From: Amoebidium appalachense
Taxonomy: Eukaryota; Protista; Ichthyosporea
NCBI GenBank assembly: GCA_963693365.1
Contig: CAVNZM010000017.1
Span: 3,763,375-3,827,374 of the forward strand
Length of the DNA: 64,000 nucleotides
Direction: 5' to 3'
Numbering within the stretch: the stretch's first letter is position 1; each line of letters starts with the position of its first letter. The notes under the pieces were generated by a model. It saw nothing but the letters and a program-made list of their open reading frames with translations. It did not search any database and had not been told where the DNA came from. Position numbers and translations under genes: made by a program. This document shows, one piece after another, positions 26,911-41,053 of the stretch.

Positions 26911-28458
26911 ACACACACACACCACCACCACCACCACCACCACCACCACCAAAAAAAAGTTTTCCCTCTCCCGCCCAGTCCATCACCACCCCCTCTCCTC
27001 TTCCCCCATGCTTTGGTGCACCTTCACTGTAGGTAGATGCCAAAAGTTGAAGCTTAAATAAGTCTGAGCATGATATGCCGTATGAGGTCAACAAAAAATA
27101 CACAAGCAGCGGGAGATCTTACTATGTAGCTTTGGTGACCACACTAAAACATAGTTAGTCTGGCATTGTAGTTTTTGTAGAACACCCAGACAGGCGGAAA
27201 AGAACACACAGACACGCGTCGAAAATCTTTCACTGCACACGCTGCCATTGTCCTTGGTCTCTGTTTTGGGCCACTGCCTGGCCCTCTCTATGGGCTTCAA
27301 GTTCGTTTACACATATGGCAAACTCCGTTTTTGCTGGGTACTGTAATTACGTTAACGTTAACACTGCTGTTTCATGCAAGCCGTTTGTGCGAACAAGCCT
27401 TCGTATTGGATATGATGGCATCGCCTTTGATAAGTGGTGTCCTTTAAGCCAATGGAAGCGATATTTGAATTCGAAAGGACTTTTGTTCAGCACCAGTCAG
27501 CAGTCACACACGAAACAAAAACACGGAAGGCCTTCCTGTTACTCGTCTTTTGCTGTGGAAAAGGTTTGCAGTGCTCACTTCAAGTAAATCATAGAAACAG
27601 ATCAACGATATAGAGGGCTTGCGCACTTTGGTTTGCACGGAGAACATTCGTCTAACTGCAGGTTCCCCCCCCCCCCCCCCCCCCCCCCCCCCGGCGCTCG
27701 CTCTCCTCCCCCTCCCCCCCCCAACACACACCCCAACTGTCCTTCTCTCACCCCCTCCTCCCTCCACACACCAAAAAAGCCATACACCAATCCATAAACA
27801 GCAATGCAAAAGCTGCACGTCGTTTACAAAGACACACACACATTCCGATGCACACAGGCGCTCACACACGCCGCATACTCTGTCAAAAGGCCATCTCAAC
27901 ACAGCAAACCGTCCGTATGTGTGTTTGTTTGTGTGTGCGACTAGCTGACCATCGCCGTGCGTGTGGCCGTGTGGCCTGCTTATTGATAGCTTGTAGTTGT
28001 AGCATGTGCGCGTGTGTGTGTGTGTGTGCATGTGTTGGTGTGTGGGTTAGTGCTGGTGTGTGTGCCTGTGTGTGTTTGTGTGTGTGTCTGCATGCCTCCT
28101 ACATGAGATTGATCGGTCTGCTTACATGTGTATGATTTTCCGTGCTTAAAGAAGAGGGATTTGAACTAAGAGGTTACCAACACCTTAGTTTTTGCATTCG
28201 TATACGAACTTTCAGTGAGTATTTTAGAGAGGGGGTCGTGTTTATAGATGATGGCATTGTTTTTGGTAGTCTTGAACAAGACGCTGTACGCAGTTAAGCA
28301 AGATTAAGGCAGCACAGGGGTTGGTTTTCTTGCCGTAGTAGGGACGGCTAGATCTTATCAAAGTCTGCACTGACTAGCACGGCATATACACACACAACTC
28401 CTTTCTTTTCTCCTTTGGCCTATACTCATTTCTCTTACTCCCCCCCCGCCCCCTTCCC

Positions 28459-28489
<31 letters not shown>

Positions 28490-28596
28490 GGGTTGGGGGA
28501 GGGAAAAGAAAAGAAAAGATAAAGAAAGAGAAAAAGAAAGAAGTAAGGAAAGAAAAAACCCACCTACCCGCCCACCGCGGTGTCACCATAGGCAAT

Positions 28597-29745
28597 ATGA
28601 GGCCCGACGAGCACAAGCAGAAGAAGTCCAGACAGTATCAGGCCAAGCAGGCAGCAAAGGGCAAGGCCCCACCTCAGGTGAGAATGGACCGATGTTTTGT
28701 GCATGTGATGATATGTAGTATCGTATGTCATTTTGCTGCTGTCTCAATTTGTTATTCTATTCCTCTCCTCAACCTCCCAATCCCCCCCCACCCAACTCCC
28801 CCTTCCCTTTTTCCTGCGGATAATTTGGTGAGGCTGTGGTTGCTTGTTGTTACATATTGGGAGAGGAGGGGGGGGGGGGGGGGGGGGGGGAGGGGTGGGG
28901 TGGTAGGATATTAAGATGGTGGTTGTAGTATTTCTCGGCATTCTTCTGTTGTTTGCCTTACATTTTTTTACTCTTATTAATATTTGCTTTCCTTGTTTTT
29001 TTCTTTTTTTTTTTTTTTTTTTTTTGGGGGGGGGGGGGGGGGGAGGAGGGCTGCGGCTCTCAGTCTTAGTTGTGTTTTCTTGAAACGATAGTGTATAGAG
29101 CAACTGAGGCAAAGGTTGCTTTATCTATAACTATAGGTTTCGTGTTTGTGGAGCTGTAGCCAGTTTGATATAGTGATGAAGCTGTGGTGAGGAGGACTTG
29201 ATAACATGGGGGGGGGGGGGGGGGGGGGGGGGGGGAGGGGAAGAGGGGGGGGGGAGGGGGGGGAGGTTTCAATATGGGATGGTTTATATTGGGTGTGTGC
29301 TTGGTTATGTTAGGTGTTGGGGGGTGTTGCAATATGGCTATCCATGAGTATGCAGAACTAACAATGGCTGACCGGGTTGTGTGGTGTCAGGGGCCCGAGT
29401 CGAAAGATGCAGAGAATGGGAAGGGAAAGAAGCCGCAACAAAACACGGGCAAGAAGGCACAGACGGTGCCCGATAAGGTGTGTGGGGCTGGGTCGGGGCT
29501 AGTGTGTGTGTGTGTGTGTGTGCCTGTTGTATGTGGCGAGTAGAACGAGAGTTGTGTGGGTGTGTGGGTGGGCGGGTGGGTTGGTGGGTGTGTGTGTGTG
29601 TGTTTGTGTTTGTGTTTGTGTTTGCGTGTGCACGTGTGCGTGTAAGTGTGTGCATACTTGGTCTCACAACGATGGGTTGTGCAGAGAACCGAGCAGCAGC
29701 CCGCCACCAACCAGCCTGGGCCATCCAGAGGTGGGTGCAAGGTGT

Positions 29746-29798
<53 letters not shown>

Positions 29799-30277
29799 AT
29801 ATGAGGAAACACATCTGCACTTAGTGTTTGTGTGTAATGCAGTGTGTTTCATTGAGTAGGGTGACGTTGTTTATTGTAGACAGTTACAAAGAGACCTATC
29901 TACATACGATGGTCACACGTGCTAATTTGCCTTGCAGCTATGGAAAGGTTTAGATAGTGTGCATCAAGCAAGCGTTGAAATCAGGGTGGAGGGAAGCAAT
30001 GATGTGGTATGTGGTGACACGGACTCCCAAATGGTGGTTGAGGCACAAAGTGGGGGAAGGGCGGCTGGGGGAATGGGGGGGGAGGGGGGGGGGAGGGGTT
30101 AGATTTAGCTTGTTCGGAAAGAAGGTGGAATTTGAGCATGGCATGGCTAGATGGCAACAGGCAGGGGGAGGGACATAACACTAAATGCACATGAACTCTG
30201 ACATGTGTATGAGAGAGGATGCAATTGGGGGGGGAGGGGGGAAGGAGCGGGGGGGTGGGTGGGTGGGGTGTGTGTGT

Positions 30278-30314
<37 letters not shown>

Positions 30315-31311
30315 TAAACTGTGTTGCATATGTGATTGCATTTGGTAGAAATAACAAAACGAAAGGGCAGCAGAACTGATGCAGTGTGTTTGTTCAGTAC
30401 CGAATGTGGAGGAGGAGGGAGAGGAGAGACGGAGCTTTGCACGTCGCAAGATTGAGAGCAACACCTACCGCTATGAAAACGAGCAGGGTGGGTGGTATTG
30501 GGTGTCTGCACAGCTTTTTACCTGTGTATGTGTGGCTATGTCACTGTTATGGTGGGAAGAGTGGGAGAGGATTGGACGAGATGGGAAGGGGGGGGGGGGG
30601 GGGGGGGGGCGAGGAAGGGGGAGGGGGGGGGGGGGGGGGAGAGGGGGTTGGCGGGGGAAGGGAGGGGGGTCGGGGGGAGGGGGTATTTCGTTTCATGTGC
30701 GTTTGATTGCGGGCAAGAGGTGTGTGTACTGTCAGGTGTGTATGCCGTGTGGGTGCAACATGTTTGGATGGCCAAATGCTCCTGTGTAACCTTTTCGTGG
30801 AGCAGTGGAGAGAGAGAAGCAGGAGAGAGAGAGTTGTAGACTTTCCGTTCCTCCTCCCCCTCCTCCCCCTTCCCCCCCCCCGGCCCACAAAGGAAAAAAG
30901 CGGGGGGAGGGGGGAGGAAGGGGGGGAATTATGTGTGAAACGAGGCTGGAGGGGATGTTGGGGGGGGGGGGGGGGGGGGGGGGGGGTCTCGTTGAAGAAG
31001 GAAGATGTGGAACAGAGAAGGGATGACTGTGGGTTGGAGAGTAAGTTTGGTGGGGGCAGTGGTTGACTCAGACGAAGAACTGGTGGTGGATGAACACGGC
31101 AGCCTCAGAGCACTGCTGCAGGACGCAGGTGGGTGGGTGGGTGTGCGTGCGTGCGTGTCTGCGTATGCGTCTGTGTGTGTGTTGGGGGAGGGGGAGGTTG
31201 GTGCGTGTGGGTGGGTGGGTGGGTGGGGAGGGGGATGGGTGTGTGTGTGTTGGGGGAGGTGGAGGGGGGGGGAAGGAAGGTGTGGGTGTGGGTGTGTGTG
31301 TGCGTGTGCGT

Positions 31312-31380
<69 letters not shown>

Positions 31381-31515
31381 TGTCCTCAAGTGACGTGTGT
31401 GTGTGTGTGTGTGTCTGTCCTCAAATGACGTGTGTGTGTGTCTGTGTGTGTGTGACATGTGTATGCATCTTGGTTACAATTGTGCGACAATGGTATCTGT
31501 TTGTTAGTTTGGGTG

Positions 31516-31607
<92 letters not shown>

Positions 31608-31909
31608 CGCGCGCTTGTGTGTGTGTGTGTGTTCGTGTTGAAGGAAGGGAAGGCTGAGTAGGGTAAAGCAGGGGCTGGGTTGGCATCGCCTTCTGCCCGA
31701 TGAGTCTTGTCTATTAGTACCACTGGGTGTGGGGCAAACGTAGAAGGGAAGTAAGCATGCTGTATCACTAAGCAAGATGTTGGGTGCTGACACTGTGGTT
31801 GTCACAGGGCCGTTGGATGTGTCTGCTCGGTTCCAACTGCAGGACGAGAGGGAGTGGGAGGATCGCATAGAGGATGATGTGAGTGCAAACCTCCCCCCCC
31901 CCCCTCCCC

Positions 31910-31947
<38 letters not shown>

Positions 31948-34449
31948 CTCCCTCCAGGGCTGTGGATGTGTGTGAGTGTTGTTTTTGGGTTGTGCATGGG
32001 TGGTGGGTGGATGCATGTGGGGGGCGTGTGAGGGATAGTGTTCTATTTTGTGTGTGTTTGGTGGGTTGTCCCCCCCTTCTCCCCCCTCCCACCCTCCCGC
32101 CCCGGCCCCCCCCTCCCCCCACCCCCCTCCCTTCCGAGAAAAAATGAATGAAAAGCGCAGTGTGCCATGGTGCCACACCATGTTCATAATGAGCCCACAG
32201 CCCACCGCGGTATTCTCATCATTTTCACCCTCACATTGCTGTTAGCATGTGATGAGTGCGCCGTGTGTTTGCTCTATGCCATCAACCCCCCCCCCCCCCC
32301 CCCCCCCCCCTCCCCCCCCTCCCCCCCCTCTCCCCCTCCCTCCCTCTCAACCCATCCCGAGGATGGGCTGTGTTAACAGTCACCACTCCAAGGATGGACT
32401 GTGGTTATGTTGAACAGTGAGGTGTTTATTCCTGCAAATCGCATTCTGTTTTTCTTGTGCATCTTTGTCTTTTGTGACGCTCATCCCCCATCCTCTAACC
32501 CCGACCCACCTATACAGGGACCCCTCCACCTACTTGCCGTAGACTGTGGGGACCTAGCTAGGGCCCTCAGGTGCATCCCTCTGACTGAGAGGCTGGGCCT
32601 GCACACCTCGTTCTTCGAGGTATGAGCTCCCCTCTTCCGGTCTTTGCACACTGTGTCTGGTGACATGAATTTTTTTTTTTGCAACGGTTTTTGTGTTGCT
32701 GGTAATGGGGATAGGAGCTGGGCAAAATGTTGGGGATTACGGGTGTGGGAAGAAAGGGATTTGTGGACAGAGGGATGGAAGGCGAAACGGGGACGTGTCT
32801 CTCGTGTGTGTAAAACATTGTAGTTAATATGTTGCTATTGATATGTCGTGAACAAGACATACGGATATTATCTCAATTGTCCATGTATATCGTTTCGGAT
32901 GTATCTATCGAGCTCATCTGTGTAGAATTTATGGTTACATCAGTCACGTATATAGATAAAGGATACATTAAGGTTACATTTCAACGTACATTGAATATAC
33001 AGTTATACCTATTACATAATGTGTGGGATACAAGGTTATACACATCGAAAACATACCGTATAGGTCATAGCCATCGCATATATTTTGTATCATTTGATAA
33101 AATATCATTTATTGTTTGTATAGAATATGGGGTTTTTCCTATTGTGCAAGTAGTGGATATACGAGATATACCTGCTGAAAATGACTATCCACAGCCCGAG
33201 GTGCTGAGGCATCAGCAGCAGCAGGCAGACGAGAACATGCAGGCCTGGCTGGTGGCACATCGTCGGACAGGTGGGTGGGCGGGGGTGTTGCGCTTGTGTG
33301 TGTGTGTGGGGGGGGGGGGGGGGGGAGGGGGGGTAGGATGCGGGATGGGTAGGGGGATGGGGTAGAGGGTGCGAGGGGGGGGGGGGGGGGGGGGAGGGGG
33401 TTGGAAGGGGGGAGATCTGAGGCGCTGAAGATGTTCGGTAGGAGAGGGCGGGTGGGTGTGGTGTGGTTTGAAGGGATGGGGGGAAGGGGGGGGGGGGGGG
33501 GGGGGGGGGAGGTAGTGGGATTGAACAATGGGTAGGTGGGCTTGGGAATTGGGGTGGTGGCTTTGGCGTGTTCGTGTGTGTGTGTGTGCATGTGCGAGTG
33601 TGTATGCGCGCACGCAGATGTGCGTATGTCTACCTATGTGTTGTGATGGTGTATCGTTTGTGTGCTTGTGAAAAGTCAACCAGACTTTTCCCCTTTCCAC
33701 GCTGATCATGCCGACGAGACACCATGCGGCACACCATAGACCACGCATGCGCACAAACCCTTCCCTAGACCTCCGTAGTCACCTTGCACCCTACAATCCA
33801 CCCTGTACTTGCACAACTGTCCATGGTTGTTCTATGGCACACGGAGCCCACCACACCCACTTACGTGTGCCAACACCCTGCAGAAATCGACACACCACCA
33901 GCAAAGACCGTTGGCTCCAAAATTGACACGGAAACAACTGGGCCAACCTTACAACCACATGTTGAAGATGTCATTGTAGAGCCACCACCACCACCAGCAC
34001 GCACAGCCACACACCCACACACAGCCAAACAAAGTACGCACGTAATTCCCCCACAACAACCACAGACACAACCGCCTCCGCCCACACAGACACATCCGCA
34101 AGCACACGCACACACCCCAGCACACACACCCATTCCTACACCCGCCACAGCACAACAAGCATCTTTGTCAACAACCAATACAAATCAAGTAGAATTAGAA
34201 GATGATTTAGACGCCCTTCTAGGAATAGAACCAGTAGCAAAGGTAGCAAGCAGCGTAGGAAACACCAAGACGCAGGGTGGTTTGTTAGACTCGTTCCCTC
34301 TCCCTACCCTCCCTTCCACCACGGCACCTATAGCGCATGTACCCCCAAGTGCAACGGTGATTGTTGGTGGTGGGTTAGGGCAGCAAAAGAATGAATGGGC
34401 TAAGACGGATGATTTGGAAGACTGGTTGGATAGTGTCTTGGATGACTAG
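28597..34449 (+). CDS. AVEN: Aven-like protein (cell death regulator Aven homologue), 9 exons, ~395 aa
   Basis: Exons 28597-28677, 29391-29477, 29685-29730, 30398-30487, 31060-31128, 31808-31878, 32518-32619, 33195-33270, 33884-34449, all phase-consistent. Motifs in Aven order: SFARRKIESNTYRYE, LRALLQDAG, ARFQLQDEREWE, VDCGDLARALRCIPLTERL, ELEDDLDALL and C-terminal DDLEDWLDSVLDD*. Confidence 0.8.
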
Positions 34450-34469
34450 AAGGGGGGGGAAGGGGGGGA

Positions 34470-34519
<50 letters not shown>

Positions 34520-34808
34520 GGGAGTATAGTAATTCTTTTCGCGTTGAGCTCGGGTGATTGTAAGTTTAACGTGATTGCACGTAGGGCCATCTGATGTCAA
34601 CCGGGGCAAACACTTGTGCCCCACAGTGTTAGTGTTGGCAATACTGGGGTGTTGACCTTGTTATTGGCCGGTGGGAGCGATTAATAAATGCATATGTTCA
34701 TTGATTCTGCGTGAGTTGATTCGAACCCAACGCATTTTGTACCCTGGGGGTGTCCGGTGTCCTACACACACATTGTTGTCAAACACTGTCACTCATACCG
34801 TCTACCTG

Positions 34809-34846
<38 letters not shown>

Positions 34847-35240
34847 TGTGTGTGTGTGTGTGTGTGTGGGAGGGGGGGGGGCTAGGAAACACACTTGTTC
34901 GTCGAAACTGTCTGGCCAGGCGTGCACTGGACCCCAATTTTATTCTATTTACATGTTACCCAAGACTGTATACAACTTGTCTCCAATTCACATTCCTTCT
35001 CTTAGAATCTCCTTGTACGTTCTTTCCACTTACAACAGGCAAAGTTCATTTATATAAGCCTGAAAAAAACCTTACTGGATGAACGGGAAAAAAATCTCAG
35101 GACCATACTACTACCGGTCACAGTATAATTCAGAATCATGAGGGCAATACTTAAAATGCATGTTCATAGATAGAGACCCTGGCAGGCAGGAGAATTGGTC
35201 CAGGAGAAGGTTGAAACAGACCGCACGCGGGGGAGGGGGG

Positions 35241-35304
<64 letters not shown>

Positions 35305-36303
35305 AGCGTGCGGCCACGCACGTACATCATGCACGTGTGCATAGCTCGGGTATCTATCGGTGCCACGCACGTACGTATTGTCGTAGTGCACATGTATGTG
35401 CATTGCTCGCACAAGTGCAAAAAACCAAACAACGCGTGGACGTGACACACGTACGCACCGAGAGCACGCCCCTCTTTTTGCTAAATGGTGCTTTGGTACC
35501 TCTGGTGGCATGCGCGGCACACGTCTCGCTGACGCCTGATTACAATTCTTGTGACAAACGTGGTTTGGTTTACAAGCCTGAGCCTTCAGACGGGGGCACA
35601 AATTTTTTTTAACCAAATTTGGTAATTTCGCATGTGCATTCGGCGCAGATACCAAATAGGGGTAAAGTCGGCTCACGGAACCAGCCTAAAATGGCTTATC
35701 AGCGGAACATCATTTAGCACCGCGCGCACGGGGCCGTATCAGCTGCGGAAGTTGACCGACAATGACAGACAGTTGGAGGACGCGCACTGCAGTCTCTCTT
35801 GTCTAACGTTTTCGCCTTTTGGATGGTTCGTGCTGAGAAAAACACGTTGGATTTGCACCAGCGCCTACGAAAGGACACTGAAAAGGAAAGGGATTCATAA
35901 CAAGAGGGGGTGGTTGCTCGTTTACATTTCCGCTCTGCTGTTGAATCACCGAAGGCTTTTCTTTACTCTTCTGCCGTCAGGTTTTTCTCCGTGCCCACAT
36001 CTTTGAACGTGTTTAAGAGAAACGGGCCGCACAGCCAGTTTAGAGCCAACAACAGTTTTAATAACCTCTGGCTTAAGAGTTTCTCGAGGATCCTTTTTCC
36101 TCGGGAAAACGGTTCTGTTTTCTCTTTTCTCCTTGGCCTTCAATTGAGTCCGCGCAAGTACACGTGGCATTTAATTGGTGAAAAGGGGGAGGAAAAGATC
36201 AGAGACTGTGATAGCTTTCTACTTCCTTCCCGTTTTTTCCTTTTCAGTTTCTACCCGCTCAAAATTTCAATGCAAAGCGCGCCAAGTTTTTCCAACACCA
36301 GCC

Positions 36304-38463
36304 ATGGGTAAGTGCTCGTTTGACTTGTACAGAGCCGAAGAAATCCCTTGTGGAGGCTACGAATGTAATGCCTTTCACTCAATTCAGGTATTGGAATGTA
36401 AATTCTACAACACCCCCTGCTCCCCTCTCTCCCCTCCCACCTAATCCATCTTTGAACGTTTATCGAGTGTTCCCATCCTCTCCATCCTACGGATTGTGGA
36501 GAAAGACTTGTTTCTGCGAGGCTAATTCATTTGATGGATTTATGGACATGAGCCGACACCCCGGCACACGAACACACACAAGCATACCGGAAGACACAGT
36601 TTCAAACTCTCGGACAAGCAAGCCCACACATTAGACCCACGCATGCCCGGTTGTAGTGCATGATTGACAGATGTGAATTTTTCCACTTCTTTTTTCTCTC
36701 GTCGCTCCCACTCCTATAGATGCATTATCCCCTCATCCTACATCCCCACTCCCGGCTCCCCCCTCTCCACTCCCTGCCTCCCGCAGAAAATTGTTGCCAA
36801 AAACTCATTTTTCTTTTGGTGCTTTTTTCTTCCTTTACCATTCCCTCTGCCCCTCGGAGTTTTATATTTATTTATTTTTTTTTATAGAATTTTTGATTTT
36901 TTTTTTTTTTTGAGGGGGGGGGGGGGGGGGTGGGGGGTGGCACTGACGTTACGGCAAGCAGACACATCGATAGCACACACACTACGGTCATACATCCATA
37001 TAGCGTATGCGTGTGGGTGGCCCTGTCAGCACGTGCCCTTTAACCCAACCTACAGCCACTATTCACCTATGCATGCACGGAGTCCCACACACACACCCAC
37101 GTAGGCTAGGCCCATCCACCCATCCCAACCTCCACATACACATATGCACAACCTTCGTGTTTTCATGCCCACCACACACCTCTTGCCCCCTAAAACCTAT
37201 CAAACCATCCACCTGCTAACAAAGCTTCCCGTATTACCCGCAGGCAGCGGCCTACACGACGGCCACGTGCAGCCTGATGGCGTGCCTTGCGATTCTGTTT
37301 GCCACGGCGGTGCGGCACTACATGCGGCCCGGCAGCATGTCCATCATCCAGTACTTCCCCGCCTACATCTGCGCCTCCGACATCTTCATTGCCGTCACAA
37401 CCATGATCGCTAACTTCCCCTCGTGCAAGGATTACCCTGCTGCCGAAATGAGCCAGAGGGGGCGGGAGTTTGTTGGGTTCATGTGGCATACGGCGGTGTT
37501 GTGCAATACGTTCTCTACTGCGTGGGTTGCCTTTGTGCTGCTGCGCACGCTCAAAGGCGATAAACCGTCCAAGAGACTGTATCTGTTCTGTCTGCTTCTC
37601 TGGATCGGACCTGTGCCACTGTCGTTCACCCTCCCCATGCATCTGTTGGGTATGTTTGGGATAACGCGTGATAGGTGCGGGCTACAGCACAGCAAGATTC
37701 TCATGGTGCTGTTGAGTGTGGCTCTGCCAATGGGATCACTTCTTATCGGCGCCTTTTGCCATATAAGGGCAATGCTACTTCTCGTGAAATCTCTGCGTTT
37801 GCGAACACTCAACCAACCAAACCAAGCAAAATCGAACCGTAGGACACTCTTGAGTTTGGCCGGCGGAAAACACCGCAACTCGCCGTCAAATGTGGTGGTG
37901 AGAGGTGGGGCCGCCACCCGCCCAATCTCGGGATCGCAATCTACATTGAAACGCACAGCACCCCCTACGCCTATTTCCGAAATTTCCGAAACAGCTGGCG
38001 GAATTTCCTCCCGTCTGGCCACTGCCGACGAATCAATATTCGAGAATATTCAACTGGAGTCAATCACGGTGCTGGAGGATCAGAATCCCGCCCCCTTTCC
38101 GGGACCCGGTGGTAGCGATGGCACATCGGCACTTGTCCAGGTATGCATTACTATTTGGACATCACTCGGCTATTAAATCTTCGTATTGAGGTGTGAAGGA
38201 AGGAGGGTGGGGAAGAGGGGGGGGGGGGGGGGAGGGGGGGGGGGGGGGGGGGGGGGGAGAAAGAAAACGTTAGGCCATTGATGGCAGTGATCGCAGCCTC
38301 AGGCAGCATTCTTAAAGTATGTGATACATAGGCAAGATCTCATTCCCGATGCATTTTCTTAAAAAAATGCCCGTGAGTGTCTATTTTCTCGACTTGTGAA
38401 TGCTCTCGTGTGTGTTGAGTTGTGGGTTTTTTTTTTTTTGTTTGTTTTTTGAGGGAGGGGGGA

Positions 38464-38500
<37 letters not shown>

Positions 38501-39051
38501 TAAGTATTAAAGTCCACACCACTACACCTAAAGTTTGAGCTACGATAACTGCATCTGCAGGTAGTACCCGATGATGATGCCAGTGCACATCAAATGTTAT
38601 GTAAATAACATTACTAGCAAATTAATTATTTTTTTACCAGAAGTTTCTGCAGGTTATCAAGTGGTGGGGCTCATCCATCTTTCCCATCTCTGTCAACAAC
38701 AAAAAGGAATCGAACGAGGCATCCGGCACCTCTCTTCCTACCTCCTTCATCATGGACGCAGACCCAGAAAGGCAGGAGGCAATGCAGAGACTGGCTACAT
38801 TTTTCGTGCTTTTTGGACTCGTTTTTTTCATTCGTTGGCTCCCTTACTGCGTGTATGTTGCCTATTCCGTTGTTGCTGGGTGTACGAGTGTGCCTCTTGC
38901 ATTTCTGCAGGCGATTTCGATCCATTTGGGGGGGATCTTTGGCGCGGCCCTGTACGGTGTTCTTCTTTGGCCCGAGGCAAGCAGACGTCAGCACAGCCGG
39001 GTCCCCTGCAGTCGCATCGTTGCTGGTGTGGCTGGGCAGGGGGGTCCTTGA
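36304..39051 (+). CDS. 7TM GPCR, cAMP-receptor-like/Git3-Gpr1 type, copy 1 (~463 aa)
   Basis: Exons 36304-36387, 37244-38140, 38641 (or 38653)-39051. Five hydrophobic helices, then a long Ser/Arg-rich third intracellular loop, then TM6 FFIRWLPY and TM7 GGIFGAALYG. Cys before TM3 and in the second extracellular loop (RDRCGL). Family call is from motif resemblance only. Confidence 0.75.
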
Positions 39052-39186
39052 CTGGACCTTTCTGTATTTGCCGTGTTTTTTGTTAACTGTTCGGTTAGAT
39101 TTATTTTATTGATTACTCCACCCAGTGTCACCAGGCTATAGCTATAGCAGTATTCGTTGGCTTCGGTCACCAAACTTCCAAGTATT

Positions 39187-39189
<3 letters not shown>

Positions 39190-39224
<35 letters not shown>

Positions 39225-39227
39225 TCA

Positions 39228-39286
<59 letters not shown>
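39190..39286. repeat. (TA)n microsatellite, interrupted
   Basis: Two TA runs separated by agtcacac. Confidence 0.95.
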
Positions 39287-39288
<2 letters not shown>

Positions 39289-39649
39289 ATAAGTTATGGA
39301 TGGGAGCCATAGTGGTTACGGGTTTGTATTCACGGCAGGCATTGTGGGCTGATGCACTTTTTTTGGCCCTAAGATAAATTAAAGTGACACACACTATGTC
39401 TCTCTGTCTGTCTCACTCTCTCCCACTATCTTTCTCTCTCTCTTCTCTCTGTCCCTTCTTCTCCCCCCCCCCCCCCCCCACCCCCTCTCTCGGACTCTTC
39501 CTTCTCCTCCTCCCGCCCCCCGGTTCTCCCCCTCCCTCCCTCCCTCCTTCCCTCCCTCCCTCCTTCCCTCCCTCCCTCCCTCCCTCCCTCCATCCATCCC
39601 TTCCTCCCCATCTCCCCTTCTTTTTCTCTCTCTCTCCCTCCCTCTCTCC

Positions 39650-39683
<34 letters not shown>

Positions 39684-40394
39684 ACCACCACCATCCCCTC
39701 CTTTAAGACTCACAGGCTACAACCCGTCATCCCAGACAAGAGCATTCCCCTCCCCCACCAGTGCTTCTCTCCAGGCACACACTCAACCCCCCCTTCCCCC
39801 CCCCCTCTCCCCCCCCCCCCGCCTTCCCCCTCCTTTCCTTGGCCCCCCTCTCCCCCTCCCTTCCCCCCTCCCCCCTCTCCTATCGTTCCCCCCCCCCTCC
39901 CCCCCCCCCCCCCCCCCGCCCCTTTCCCCCCCTCCTCCCCTTGCTCTCTTTGACTAAATGGCATCATCACGCACACACACACACACCTCAGCTTCCAAAG
40001 GCGCTCACGTTCATTAATGCATCCACCTCACACATATCTTATCTGGTTCTAAGAAGAGTTGTGTAAACCAACTTTTTCCTGCCAGGGGCGGGCTAACGGC
40101 AAAAATAACAGTTTGTCGACAAGCAACAGAACTCACACGGAGTGTTGCAGTGCCAAATTTTGATTTCATACACGAAAAATGGAATCCCGAACACTGTACA
40201 GAACAATATGGGTATCTTTCAGAACTTTTAAGGCACACCACAAGGTCAAACATATTCAAAACGGACCACAACCACTGCCACAATGCATAACCTAATCATA
40301 AGCTAAGGCAGATCTGAGGAAAAGAAGAAGGAAGAAAAACTGGGTATAGAGTATTCACTACCCGGCCACACCAACAAAAAGCACCGTTTGATTT

Positions 40395-41022
40395 TTAAAC
40401 GTGCTGCCTCACTTTGGGAGGATGCCTAATTTGCTCCGGCCACAGTAAGACCCCATACAGAAGAGCATCATAAACCCCCCCAGAATTCACTGTAATCGCC
40501 TGCACAAAAGCCAGAGGCACATTCGTGCACCCACCAACCACCGAATAGGCAATGTACAGGCAGTAAGGGAGCCACTGAATGAAAAAAACGAGTCCAAAAA
40601 ACACGAAAAATACCGCCAGCCTCTGCATTGCCTCCTGTTTTTCCATATCCGAATCCATAATTATGGATGTAGGGAGGTTGCTGCCCGACTCCATGCTCCC
40701 CACAGACGCCAGTGGAATGTCACGGTTGGTGGGTGGATGGCGCAGAATAGAGCCCCCCCACCACTTGAGCATCTGCAGGGGAATCTGTTGTCACATCAGG
40801 ATGCATACACAGAAATACAACCATTCCGCTTCTCCCCCCCCCCCCCCCCCCCCCTGAGGCTCCCCCCGCGCCCCTTACCCTCTCTCAACCACCGCCACCT
40901 CCCCCTTCAGCTCCGCCCCTTGATATGTAACCCTCCCCCCCCCTCCTCCCCCCCCCCCCTCCTTGCCCGATGTCCATATTGTAAGGCGCTCCTAGTAGTT
41001 AGGGACGTAGGTAAATACCCTC

Positions 41023-41053
<31 letters not shown>

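Noticed and set aside
25400-28590. Short ORFs in the divergent intergenic region (and at 34671-36311)
   Set aside because: No recognisable motifs and no consistent splice chain. No tRNA or rRNA was recognisable here or elsewhere in the window.
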